This document shows, piece by piece, positions 45,850 through 60,195 of a stretch of 64,000 nucleotides of DNA (positions are counted from its first letter, which is position 1; every line of letters starts with the position of its first letter). The translations under genes and the position numbers were made by a program. This DNA comes from the human T2T-CHM13v2.0 reference genome, Homo sapiens. The stretch lies in the NCBI RefSeq assembly GCF_009914755.1, contig NC_060934.1; one strand, given 5' to 3'. The notes beneath the pieces are model-generated. The model did not search any database, was not told where the DNA came from, and was given only the letters and a program-made list of their open reading frames with translations.

Positions 45850-47549
45850 AGCCCTCGATGGGGGGAGAAGGCAGGTCGCTGGAGCTGATGCCCTGCAAGC
45901 CCAAGCCTTGGGACTGGAGCTGAGCCCGGGCTCAGGGCTATGTCCAGATGGTGAAGGAACCTCGGTGGGCAGCAGGGAGGAGGAGGATGGAGTGGGGCCT
46001 GACTATCGCCTCTCTATAGTGCCTACAGAGGACCTGAGGCTTGTGAGAGGCAAAGCTGAGAGCAAGGGGCTGCGGCACACAGCAAGGATGGGCTAAGCCC
46101 TGGACTGGCTGTGGCCGGAGACAGGTCCAACCTGAATTCCTCACCCTCAGTGTGTCTGCCTCTCCAGGGAGCCCCTCGCAAAGGTTCCTTCATTAGATCT
46201 TCGCAGCCCCCTCTGAGTTTGGGATTCCTGTCTCAGCCGCATCATAGATGGACCCACTAGGGCCAAGGGTTGGAAAGTGCTCTGTCTGAGAGAAGCGGAA
46301 GTTTTCAAACCCAGTCTGGCATATCTTCAAAAGCTGGGGACTTGATCCCCCTTCTTGGCAAAACAGAGTCAAGAACTGGGCCCACTGGGTGATGGGCGAT
46401 AGGGTCATGGATCCACCGTCTCTAGTTTTCTGTCCATTTGGATGTTTTCACCACAAAAAGGTTTGCAATGCTTTCTCTGGTGGGAAGAAGCTCCCATCCC
46501 CAACTCAGAACGTTCTGGACCGGGCTGGATTGAGGGGAGTCGCACCAACCTCAGCCACCAGGGCAGGAACCACAGGGAAGCTAGTGGTTCAGAGACCACC
46601 AGCCCTTTCCTCCAGCTCCCGGTCCTCAGCCTGGAGTTGGCCTGAGAGTGGCCCAGGACCAGGCCCCCTGGCAGCCCAAGTGTCCCGACCAGGCCTGGGA
46701 CACAAAACTCCAGGAGCTGGTACCTTCTCATGTCCTGGTGGGGGGGGGGCATGGCTTCATGGGGGTCCTGACCTCTCACACTAATCCGCAGAGGCAAAGC
46801 TGTCCCCAGGCCAGCCAGCACATGGGAGAGACTGTCCCCACGCTGAGCCCCTTCCACCTGGCTGCATCGGGGCCCTTGCAGGCATTGATCTCCCAAAGGC
46901 AACGAAAGGGGCCTAATTCTGGCACCCTCTGTACCCTCAGGCTGCCCAGGCTCAGAGTCTGTGCCCGCCCAAGCTCAGAGCCTGCCCTGCAGCTGCAGGG
47001 TGACCCTGCTGGGTTGTCCAGGGCGAGGTGCACAGCACTTGTCTGAGGCCTTCTGGGTTCCGAATGAATACCTATGACCCTTTCTTCCTCTCATCTAGAT
47101 TGAGTCATTTAGTACTCACCTGGTCTACTCGTCTCCATCAGAAGCCCCCCACAAACCCCCTCCCCACCTTTATGTGCTGTCCGGCCTCCAGTGGGTACCT
47201 GACCAACATCTAATTAGATGACTGAGTGGAGATGACATGGTATCAGAGTCCCCTCCGTGGGGCCTGCCATGGGTGTTTGGCCCACAGTGCAGTCTCAGAC
47301 AACAGGGGACAGTGCAATGGGACAATTCAATGCCACCTCTGAGGACATGCTTGGGTGGGCTGTGGCAGAATCAGGGACTTTGTTTTCTTTCAACCCAAAA
47401 TCCTGTGAGGATGCAATCAAGAAATGGTCACACCTGGGCATGAGGTTTCATTTTTTTTTTTCCTAATTTTTAGATTTAGAAATCTATGCATTTAAAGAGC
47501 AAACTGTCTAACAAGTTGTTGATGATTGCCACCTGTGACTTTAACAAGC

Positions 47550-48513
<964 letters not shown>

Positions 48514-48529
48514 TCACTTACATTCATCA

Positions 48530-49165
48530 AATCCATCTATTGTTAGCGTATTGTGATTTAAGCCTTTCATTCTCACCAATGTTTTGTAGTTTTCAGTCTA
48601 CAAGTCCTACACATATTTGTCAGATTTATCTCCAAGTATTTCACATTTTTTGATGCGATTGTAAATGAGGGTTTTTTTTTTCACCGAGCTTTTTAACTGT
48701 AGAGTCATGATTCACAAGCAGTTGTAAGCAATGATACAGAGGCCCACTGTACCCTGTACCCAGTTTTCCCCAGTGTAACATCTTGCAACACTATATGACC
48801 ACATCACAACCAGGGTGTTGACATGGATACAGTCAGGATACAGAGTGCTCCGTCACCGCGGGATCCCTCCCGCAGCGCTTTTACAGCCACATCTGCTTAA
48901 CCCCTGGCAACCACTAATGTGCTCTCCGTTTCTAAAATTTTGTTTCAAGAGTGTTACATCAATGGAATCACACAAAGATAGCTTTCTGAGATTGTCTGTT
49001 TTCACTCAGCAGAATGACCTGGAGATCCATCCGCATTCTGAGACAACAGTTCCTTCCTTTTGACTACTGAGCAGCATTTTGGGGCATGGATGTACCATGC
49101 TGGTCTAACCTTTAACTATCCAGCTATTGAAGGACAACTAGGCTGTTTCCAGTCTTTCTGGGGAT
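48530..49165 (-). mobile_element. L1M fragments (L1MC/MD-like 3' UTR)
   Basis: CCCCTGGCAACCACTAAT, AATGGAATCA, TTGAAGGACA...GGCTGTTTCCAGT. Confidence 0.75.
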
Positions 49166-49225
49166 GGTTTTAGCTCAGTCTTGAGCACTCTATTCCCCTG
49201 TTCTCTCTCCTATGCAGTTTTTCTC

Positions 49226-49492
49226 TTTGTTGTTGTTTTTTGTTTTGTTTTGTTTTTTGAAACAGAGTCTCGCTCTGTCGCCCAGACTGGAGTGCAGTGA
49301 TGCCATCTCAGCTCACTGAAACCTCAGCCCCTGGGGTTCAAGCAATCCTCCTGCCTCAGCCACCCTAGTAGCTGGGATTATAGGCGGGCGCTACGACGCC
49401 TGACTATTTTTTGTATTTTTAGCAGAGACGGGGTTTCTCCATGTTGTCGAGGCTAGTCTCCAACTCCTGACCTCAGGTGATCCATGCACCTC
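49226..49492 (-). mobile_element. 5'-truncated AluS
   Basis: Lacks about 50 nt of the 5' end; TSD CTCC(T/C)ATGCAGTTTT. Confidence 0.92.
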
Positions 49493-50016
49493 CCATGCAG
49501 TTTTATCCAGGCTCTGCCTTACTCGGTGACAAGGTTTGGGGCAGAAACTTCAGAAAGAGCTCCACTGGTAATGGTTGCTTATTTTTATTCTCTTGGGTAA
49601 TTGGAAGATTATAGTGTTCTGTGTCTTCTAGTTATGTTGCAGGTGTGAGTATTGTATGGTTTTATTTGTTCTTCCTGTTGATCTGTATAATTACATACTT
49701 TGCTTTCTGAAAAGTATATTAAGATATAAGTGTATGATAAAATTTACTCTTTTTAGTGTACAATTCTATGAGTTTTGACAAACGCAACCATGTTACCATC
49801 ACAGTAAAAATATAGGACACTTTCACTCCCCAAATCCATCTGAGCCTCTTTGTAGTCAGCCTTTCCCTTACTCTCCAGCCCTTGGCAAGCTCTCCTTTAT
49901 TTCCTATCCCAATAGTTTTCCCTTTTCCAGAATTCACACAGATGGAATAATTCAGGTACGCAGCTGTTGAGTCTGGCTTCTTTCACGTAGCAGAATGCAT
50001 TTGAGATTTATCCATC

Positions 50017-50024
<8 letters not shown>

Positions 50025-50063
<39 letters not shown>
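50025..50063. repeat. (AT)n microsatellite, about 19 units
   Basis: Pure AT run. Confidence 0.97.
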
Positions 50064-50067
<4 letters not shown>

Positions 50068-50715
50068 GTTCATTGTTTTTTATTGATAAGCATTCTATTA
50101 CATAAATATACCAGAGTTTGTTCAAGGGCTTTGGGGTTGTTTACAGGTTTCGGTGATAATAAATAAAGCTACTGTAAACATTGGTGGATAGGCTTGTGTG
50201 CAAACATAATTTTTCACTTCTCTTGGGTAAGTACCTAGCAGTATGTTTGGTAAGTCATGTGGTAAATATTTGTTTGACTTTATAAGAAGCTTCCACAGAG
50301 TTTGACAAAGTGGTGATCCCATCTTGTATTCCTACCAGCAGTGTACAAGAGTTCTTAGTTGGTACTGAGAACCCTCAAGGCAGTTGGTACTGTTAGGGTT
50401 TTTTTAAGCCACTCCATTTTGTATGCATTGGTCTGATCTTATGGTTTTAATTTGCATTTCCCTGATAACTAAGCATGTTGGGCATTTTTTCACATAACTA
50501 TTGGCCAGTCATATACCTCCTTTGATGAAGCATCTGTTCAAATATTTTCCCATTTTTAAATTGGGTTGCTTGTTTTCTTATTGTTAAGTTTTGAGAGATC
50601 TTCATATATCCTTAATACAAGTTATTTATCAGATATGTGTTTTGAAAATATTTTCTTCCACTCTATGGTTTGTCTTTTCATTTCCTTAACTGTGTCTTTC
50701 AAATAGTAGAAGTTT

Positions 50716-51030
50716 TGGATTTTGTTTTTCAGACAGGGTCTTGGTCAGTTGCCCAGGCTGGAGTACAGTGGCACAATCATGGCTCACTGCAGCCTTGACC
50801 TCTTGGACTCAAGTGATCCTCCCACCTCAGCCTCCTGCCTCAGCCACCTACGTTGCTAGGACTGCAAGCACATGCCACCACACAAGGTTAATTTTTTTAT
50901 TTTTTATTTTTATAAGGACAGGGTCTCTCTATGTTGCCTAGGCTGGTCTCAAACTCCTGGGCTCAAGCAATCCTCCTGCCTTGGCCTCCCCAAGTGCTGG
51001 AATTACAGGCGTAAGCCACTGTGCCCAGCT
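50716..51030 (-). mobile_element. AluJ
   Basis: AluJ diagnostics; TSD TAGAAGTTT. Confidence 0.93.
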
Positions 51031-51063
51031 TAGAAGTTTCTAATTTTAAAGACAGCCAGTTTA

Positions 51064-51994
51064 AACCTACAGAATGGGAGAAAATTTTTGCAATCTACTC
51101 ATCTGACAAAGGGCTAATATCCAGAATCTATAAAGAACTCAAACAAATTTACAAGAAAAAAACAACCCCATCAAAAAGTGGGCAAAGGATATGAACAGAC
51201 ACTTCTCAAAAAAAGACATTTATGCAGCCAACAGACACATGAAAAAATGCTCATCATCACTGGCCATCAGAGAAATGCAAATCAAAACCACCACACCAGT
51301 TAGAATGGCGATCATTAAAAAGTCAGGAAACAACAGGTGCTGGAGAGGTTGTGGAGAAATAGGAACACTTTTACACTGTTGGTGGGACTGTAAACTGGTT
51401 CAACCATTGTGGAAGACAGTGTGGCGATTCCTCAGGGATCTAGAACTAGAATTACCATTTGACCCAGCCATCCCATTACTGGCTATATACCCAAAGAATT
51501 AGAAATCATGCTGCTATAAAGACACATGCACACGTATGTTTACTGCGGCACTACTCACAATAGCAAAGACTTGGAACCAACCCAAATGTCCAACAATGAT
51601 AGACTGGATTAAGAAAATGTGGCACATATACACCATGGAATGCTATGCAGCCATAAAAAATGATGAGTTCATGTCCTTTGTAGGGACATGGATGAAGCTG
51701 GAAACCATCATTCTCAGCAAACAATCGCAAGGACAAAAAACCAAACATCGCATGTTCTCACTCGTAGGTGGGAACTGAACAATGAGAACACTTGGACACA
51801 GGAAGGGGGACGTCACACACCAGGGCCTGTTGTGGGATGAGGTGGGGGAGGGATAGCATTAGGAGATATATCTAATGTAAATGACGAGTTAATGGGTGCA
51901 GCACATCAACATGGCACATGTATACATATGTAACTAACCTGCACATTGTGCTCATGTACCCTAGAACTTAAAGTATAATAATAATTAAAAAAAA
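51064..51994 (+). mobile_element. 5'-truncated L1PA (L1PA4/5-like), about 0.93 kb
   Basis: ORF2p C-terminus in pieces (51191-51502 and 51536-51778); 3' UTR and A-tail; 16-bp TSD AAAGA(C/T)AGCCAGTTTA. Confidence 0.97.
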
Positions 51995-52204
51995 AAAGAT
52001 AGCCAGTTTATTCACTTTTCTCTTGTAGGCCATGCTTTTGTGTCACATCTAAGAGATATTTGCCCAACCCTGGTCACACATTTTCTTCTTTGTTTGTATC
52101 TGTTAGTTTTCAATTTTACATTTAGGCCTGTGATCCATTTTGGGTTCATTTTTATATATGCTGCGAAGTATGAATCAAGATAAATCTTTTTTGTATATGA
52201 CAGA

Positions 52205-52974
<770 letters not shown>

Positions 52975-53614
52975 CTAGCACCATTTGTTAGCAAGATTAT
53001 CTTCATTGAATTGCTTTTGCATCTTTGTTGAAAATCAATTGGCTGTGCATGTGTGGATCTGCTTCCGAATTTTCTATTCTGTTCCATTGATCTATGTCTA
53101 TTCTTTACCAATACCACACTTAGTTGATTACTGTAGCTTTATAGTACATCTTAAAATCAGGCAATGTGTCTGCTGTTAGTTCCTCACCCCTGGCTGGTGG
53201 CTGTTTCACCTTTTAAAAGTCTGTGTCCCACAGTGACTCAGGCCCTCCTGAGGGCCAAGTTCTAGGCATTCAGCCTGGCAGAGACTTAAGACAAGACCAC
53301 AGCCCTTTGCCCCTTTAACTAAGCATTGCCTGGGAGCCTTGCATTTCCCATCCTAGATATAAGCAATGTGGGAAGACAGACATGAGAGAGACAGTGCCCC
53401 TATCATTGGGAAGCTCACAATGGAGTAAAGGAGAAAAGATGAGTACTAAATAAGTCTTAAGAAAGAACGAAGAAAAGTGCCATAAACATTCTGCACCAAG
53501 GACTCAGAAGCTGTGGGAGGTGCTGTGTCCATCCTCCCTGCCTGTGCCTCCTGCTTCACGTCGGCTGCCTACCACTGTCAGTGCTGCATGGGGCCCAGGC
53601 CTGCGGATGCAAAG

Positions 53615-53812
53615 TTTCTTTCTCAATCTCTCTCTCTTTCTCTCTCTTCACTGTCTCTCTGCCTCTCTTTCTTCTGTTCCCCTCTCTCTCTCCTCTGTCT
53701 CTTTCTCTCCTCTGTCTCTCTGTTCTCTCTCTCTCCTCTGTCTCTCTCTCCCCTTTGTCTCTCCTTGTCTCTCTCTTTGTGTCTTTCTCTCTCTCTCTCT
53801 CTCTCCCTGCCC
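53615..53812. repeat. (CT)n-rich polypyrimidine tract, about 200 bp
   Basis: Degenerate CT/CTGT repeats. Confidence 0.95.
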
Positions 53813-54136
53813 CACATCTCACTCATGCTGAGTCAAATCGCCTCGGCTTTCCCTCCTAGTCCTCCTGTTTCTCCTCTTTCTCCTCCCCATCAAGGGGATA
53901 TCATGGTCTTTCTATGCACCCTAATTTGATTCAGGTCTCCCCGGGCTAAAACCCATCCAGGAGTGCCTTTAGCAACAGGGCAATGTCTGACTTTTCCCTG
54001 ATGGTCCATGCTTTCCCCCGGGGCTCTTCCTCACCTCTCCAGCCTTCCTGCTTGGCCCGATGCAACAAAATTGTGCAGGAGCAACTGCTCCCTCTTCCTG
54101 AAATGCCTCCCCGCCCCTGCTCAGGTTCCTCCATCA

Positions 54137-54511
<375 letters not shown>

Positions 54512-54794
54512 CTAGGGAGCAAAGGCCACCCTGCGCCTGCCACACAGGAGGTACTCAGCCTCTTGGGACTACTTCCCTGACCCCCAATTCCCCAGGGAAG
54601 CTTAGCTGCTCCCACCTCAGGCTCCCATCACAGTTCTCAATCTTCACATTTGTTGGCCGTTGGGGTGTCTGCTCCACCTGAGCTTCAGGAAGACCAGAAC
54701 AAGGTCTTTTGGCCGGTCTTCGTCAGCACAGGGCACGGCACAGAGTCGGCCTCAGGCATGTTTGCTAGGTGAGTGAATGAATGAATGATACTGG

Positions 54795-54925
54795 AGTAGT
54801 GGGCTTCTGCCTCACCTAGGGGTTCTGTTAAAATGCAGACTCTGATTCGGGGGCTCAGAGTGTGCTGAGATTCTGCCTTTCCATCAACTTGCAGGTGGTG
54901 CTGAGTCCCTGGGTACATGGAGGAG
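54795..54925. mobile_element. MER5A-like fragment following an L2 3' end (54560-54790)
   Basis: TGTTAAAATGCAGACTCTGATTC...TGAGATTCTGCCTTTC; preceded by GTGAATGAATGAATGA. Confidence 0.7.
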
Positions 54926-55399
54926 CAAAGACATGAACCTTTCCCTGCTCCTGGCAACTGGCTCCATCCTACTCCCTATGGGCTTCATGAACTTGCCTGT
55001 GGTTGGGGATACTTCCTGCCCTTATGGGCCCCAGAACCCCTATCTCTTAAAAAGGGAAATTTCCCTGGACATCTCTCAGTTGCTGTCCACCCTGTGAAAT
55101 GAACCCAGGAAGCTATGGTTAGGTACCCTAGCCCGGTCTGGCCCAAATGCAAGTGTTCTGGCGGTGAACACTTAGCATAGGGTTTGGAGAGTCCCTCTCG
55201 GTGATGTGCTAAAGCAACCTATATGGCACCACCTCACCAGGGGGCACCGAGGCAAGCAGGATTCCCAGAAGTCACAGACCCGAAGAGAGAAAAAGAACCA
55301 GTCCCTGGGCTTGACATGAGACAAAGGAGACCAGAATGGACACACGGCAGCCACTCTCCTATCAAGTTTTCCACATCACCTTCATCCCCTCATTTCAGC

Positions 55400-55560
55400 C
55401 ATACCAACAACCCAGCAAGGCAGAGGCAGCAGGCCTCCCATTTGCCTTACAATGGAGGGACTAAGCCCAGAGAGGTGTGAGCACCTCACTAGCATCATCT
55501 AGCAGTGAGTAGGGTAGGCACAATGGTACCTGGCTCTGAATGCCTGGTCTAGGTTCTGTC
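55400..55560 (-). mobile_element. MIR
   Basis: TTACAATGGAGGGACTAAGCCCAGAGAGGTG. Confidence 0.55.
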
Positions 55561-55825
55561 CCTCACATGGCACTGGGTTAAGAGACATCCTGAGACATGC
55601 AGGGATACCCTTGGGAGTTTGGAGGAGCTTCAGGCACCATGCATAGCCAATAAATCAGAATAAACAACTAGTCAGGAAAATCAAATGCTTGGATTTTATT
55701 ATTAAAATATTTTCAAAGCTGATGAAATTGGAAAATGACGAACCGAGACCTGACTCTATTGCTCATCCCCAAGTTAAGAGAGCCAGCTTTCAGCTCACCT
55801 GCTGGGCAACTTGACAGAAAGAATG

Positions 55826-55860
<35 letters not shown>

Positions 55861-55864
55861 ACAT
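55826..55864. repeat. (CA)n microsatellite
   Basis: About 19 units with one interruption. Confidence 0.95.
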
Positions 55865-56524
55865 ACCTCCCCTCCTAGACCTTCCAAGCAGGGAGTCTCG
55901 CCCGAGTAACACATACCCTTTACTCGCATTCTTCCCTTGATTTATCAGGAGAGAATGGTCAGAACTTAACAGAAAAAAAAGGACCCAGGCTCTTGGGTTC
56001 TGAGAGGGGATGGGGTGAGGCTGTCTGTCATGATGACCTTGACCTTTTCCTTCCTGCACCTCCAGATTCCCTCTCCCCTTCTTTAAGAGTGGAGGAGGTG
56101 GTACCTAGGGGCCAGGACCCTCCATTTCAGTCTGTACAAACCACTAATTCCTTCTGTGCCCTTAGGCAAGTCACTCGCCCTGCCTGGTCAATAAAGTCTC
56201 CTTCTTTACTGAAAAATACATCAGCTTGCCTCATGTGGATGTCCTGAGACATAAATGACAGATGGGAAATGAGGGGCTTTGTAAGATTTAAAATGCTGTG
56301 TCCCTGAGAAGGATGTTGCACTGGTTTGGAGCCAGGATCTGATAAACAGGAGACAAGTGAAACACTGGAATAAAAAAATACTTGTAACTTATATGAAAAA
56401 AATAAACGTATGTTATTAATATACAAAGAGCTCTAACCAATCAATAAGAAAAAATCCTGGGAAATTGATATGAACATAGGCAGATCAGAAATGAAGAAAT
56501 TCAAGTGCTTATGAACATATTGGA

Positions 56525-56755
56525 GAATAATAATAGCTTACATTTACTTGGCCCTTATTTTGAGCCAGGAACTGTGCTGGCACTTTACATGAATGATGCC
56601 ATTAAATCCTCCAATCCAATTAATAAGGTAAAGACCCATTACCATCCTCATTCTATAGATGAAGAAACTGAGGTCCAGGGAGGTTCAGCAACTTTCCCAG
56701 CATCACACAGCTTGAGAGTGCCAGAACAGGAATTCTCACTCACGCAGTCCGGCAG
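56525..56755 (-). mobile_element. MIR
   Basis: CATTCTATAGATGAAGAAACTGAGG...CATCACACAGC. Confidence 0.82.
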
Positions 56756-56779
56756 AACACAACCTCACTCACAGGGAAC

Positions 56780-57960
56780 AGATTGCAAATCACAATAACT
56801 AGGAAGACATTGTTCCTTCACTTATCAAATTAGCCAAAATATTAAAGTTCGATTAACAATCAAATATTGGCGTGGGTATGAGAAAATATGCGTTTTCATG
56901 TATTATTGGTGCAATCTTTCTGGGGAGCAATTTGCCAATACCGGTAGATATTTTACATGTACCACTTGATGAAAAATTTATCCTACAGATATACTCACAC
57001 CTGAACATAAAACTATACATACAAGGATATTTATTTTTATATGAGAAAAAGGAACTCTCATTCATTGCTAGTAGGAATACGAAATTGTACAGAGATAGTT
57101 TGGCAGTTTCTTATGAAGCTAAACATAGTCTTACAGCAATGTTGCCCTGCGTATTTAACCAACTGAAGTAAACATATGTCCACATCAAAACCTGCACATG
57201 AATATTTATAGTAGTTTTATTCATAATAGTCAAAACCTGAAAGCAACCAAGATGCCCTTTGGTAGATGAATAAATGGCAGTATGCCCAGACAACAGAACA
57301 TTTTTCAGCACTAAAAAGAAATGAGTTCTCAAGCTATGAAAATACATGGAGGAAGCTTAAATCCATATTGCTAGGTGAAAGAAGCCTGTCTGAAAAGGCT
57401 ACATGCTACATGAAGCCAACTCTGTGACATTCAGGAAAACTATAGAGACAGTAAAAAGATCAGTGGTTGCCAGAAGTCCTGGGGAAGGTAAGAGGGGTGA
57501 ATGGACGGAGCACAGGGGATTTTTAGGTGGTCCAACTATTCTGTATGCTACTGGAGTGGGAGATACACCACATGGATTTTCAAAATCCAGAGAAGTGTCC
57601 AACACAAAGAGTAAACTTTAAACCATGAACTTTAGGAAACAGTAATGCATCAATATTGGTGCATTAATTGTAACAAATGTACCATGTTGTACACTATGCA
57701 AGCTCATAATAGGAGAAAGTGTATGAGAGTGAGAAAGTGTAGGGGAACTCTGTATTTTCTGCATACTTTTTCTCTTAATTAAATCTCATCTAAGAAATAA
57801 ATCTATTAAGTTAAAAAAAATGTGAGGTGTAACATAAAGTCCAGAAAAAGAAGTCTGGTTTAATTTTAAAAGGCACTTGTATACTATGCCATACAATATG
57901 CCCAGGAAGAAAATAAAGAAAATATTGTTATATGTGGCAGTATTATCTACAAGACATATC
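56780..57960 (+). mobile_element. L1M fragments (including an L1MC/MD-like 3' end)
   Basis: GGAACTCTCATTCATTGCT, GAAAGAAGCCTGTCTGAAAAGGCTACAT, TTAATTGTAACAAATGTACCA. Confidence 0.8.
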
Positions 57961-57964
57961 TTAA

Positions 57965-58264
<300 letters not shown>

Positions 58265-58599
58265 TAATACAGAATAGTATCTAAGTGGGATCTCACTTGT
58301 ATGGAATATTCAGAGGTCTGAGCTTGTGATTACCAAGGAAGTTTGTGGAAGGCCCATGGAAATTATTAACATCTTCAGTGGTAATCTGCGGGAATTCCAG
58401 ACAAGGGCAAGGATCAGACCTTCAGTTTACACAGTATTTGAAATTCCTATCATGAATAAAACAAAAGGCCGAGGTCTGTACTGTTTTAAATTCTTATCAT
58501 AAGTACGTATTACTTTCATTTTTGAAAAGACAAACAAAATGACCGCCCTGGAGTCACACAGACTGGAGTGTGAATTCCAGCAACTGAATTCCAGAGTTG

Positions 58600-58830
58600 A
58601 AATGCAGCAGCTATCGTGGGGCTAAGGACAGCCTTCACTACGCTCTAAAGATGGCACAGCACAAATATGGAAAGAACCTGAATCCATGTCCACACTGAGC
58701 CACACAGCCCACCCAGAAGCCAGTTACCTCCTAAATTCTTCAGTGGGAAGGTGAACATTCTATAATAATTGTTTAGCTAACTTTCAGTTCAAAATTAACT
58801 TACTTGTAGCTGAAAGTGTCCTAAGGAAGA
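58600..58830 (+). mobile_element. Old MLT1-type LTR fragment
   Basis: CTAAAGATGGCACAGCACAAATATGGAAAGAACCTG...TACTTGTAGCTGAAAG. Confidence 0.55.
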
Positions 58831-58943
58831 CAGCAGCTCAGAGAGGCCTTGTGCGCATGGAAGGAAAGAGGAATGGGTGTTCAAGATACAGCCACTTCCT
58901 TGACCCCCTCCCCAAGAAGAAGGGAAGCCCAGCCCTTTGCGGG

Positions 58944-59061
58944 TGTCATGGGGTAAAGCCCCAAACTGAGGTTCAGCCTGGGAGGCTACGTCGGTTCTTG
59001 GCTTCACCCAGGAAGGAATTCAAGAGCCAGCCAACAGAGTAAAGGGAAAGCAAGTTTATTA
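58944..59061 (-). mobile_element. Terminal fragment of an ERV1 LTR (LTR9/MER61-like)
   Basis: GGTTCTTGGCTTCACCCAGGAAGGAATTCAAGAG...AGAGTAAAGGGAAAGCAAGTTTATTA. Confidence 0.65.
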
Positions 59062-59305
59062 GGGTGGATCACTTGAGGCCAGGAGTTCAAGAGCTGCCTG
59101 GCCAACATGGTTAAACTCCATCTCTACTAAAAATACAAAAATTAGCCAGGCCTGGTGGTGCGCACCTGTAGTCCTAGCTACTCGGGAGGCTGAGGCTGAG
59201 GCAGGAGAATCGCTTGAACCCAGAGGCTGAGGTTGCAGTGAGCGAGATTGTGCCACTTGCACTCCAGCCTGCAAGACTCCGTCTCAACAACAACAACAAC
59301 AAAAT
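59062..59305 (+). mobile_element. 5'-truncated AluS with a (CAA)n tail
   Basis: Starts at GGGTGGATCACTTGAGG. Confidence 0.93.
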
Positions 59306-59534
59306 GATGAAGGCAGACCAAAGGTTTGCACCACCATATTTGCACAGAGGCTCAGAGGCACAGCTTAGGGGGGAAAGAGAGGAAGTCCTCTTCATCCAGC
59401 CCCTCGTGAGGATGAGCTGCATCTGGAGTCGAAGAGGTAAGTGGGGCCTGTCTTCCATTCCTAAGGCCGTGGTGTCCCCTGCCTGAGCCCCACCCTTCCC
59501 ACCTTCTCCATCTCTGTCCTTTCTGGAAGCTTCC

Positions 59535-59975
59535 GCCCTGCTGTCCAGGTTGGCCCGAGCGCCCGAAGATGAAGAAGGGTGGGGGATGCGCAGGGACGGT
59601 CCTGTCGGTGAGGGTGGGACTGTCCTCGGGGCCTTGGGAGCCCTCCCCCGCCCCGCCCCGCCCCGCCCCGCCCCACGGCGACTCCTCCCTCCCGAATCCC
59701 CTCAGGCTCCGAGGGTCCCGGCTTGGAGCGAAATGCCCACCAGGAGGCGTCGGGTCCTGTCACGGGCCGCGCCGCCCAGGACCACGCCTGGCCCGGGACC
59801 CACGCCAGTCCGGGGACACACACCTAGCCGCAAACCAGACCGCGGGATCAGCCGCAAGCCACCCTCTCCAGCGCCGCCCTGCACCGCAGATCAGGGTAGG
59901 AGATTAGAGTAGGAACGCGGAGGGGTGGGGGAGGGGTGGGGGAGGGGTGGGCGAGGGGTGGGGTGGGCGGAGGGG
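59535..59975. promoter_or_regulatory. Small CpG-island-like promoter/enhancer with a tandem GC-box array
   Basis: The only CpG-dense non-repeat segment in the window; (CCCCG)n at 59646-59674; CTCF-like motif 59734-59751; G-run array 59919-59975. Confidence 0.7.
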
Positions 59976-60051
59976 CCTATCTGCTCCCAGTCCCTATGAC
60001 ACAGGGACTAAGAGTACCTAAAGCCCTGGGAGAGGAGGAGGAAAGGTCAGG

Positions 60052-60195
60052 CAGGGACTAGGCGCAAAATTTAAGGCAACACTAAGTGATTCGGTAACCA
60101 AGATAAATCATATTTTAATTATTTTAAAGCAGTGTTTTAAAATAAAAACTAATGAAAAAATGATAAAATATCAAAAATTTCAATAAAGCAGCATC
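60052..60195 (+). mobile_element. hAT fossil (MER96B-like)
   Basis: GGGACTAGGCGCAAAATTTAAGG...CAAGATAAATCATATTTTAAT...AAAATATCAAAA. Confidence 0.65.

Noticed and set aside
47114-47122. Consensus minus-strand donor CAG|GTGAGT
   Set aside because: Isolated 9-mer with no supportable partner acceptor or ORF
53513-53929. Leu/Ser-rich membrane-like and Arg/Glu-rich ORFs
   Set aside because: Translation of the CT repeat
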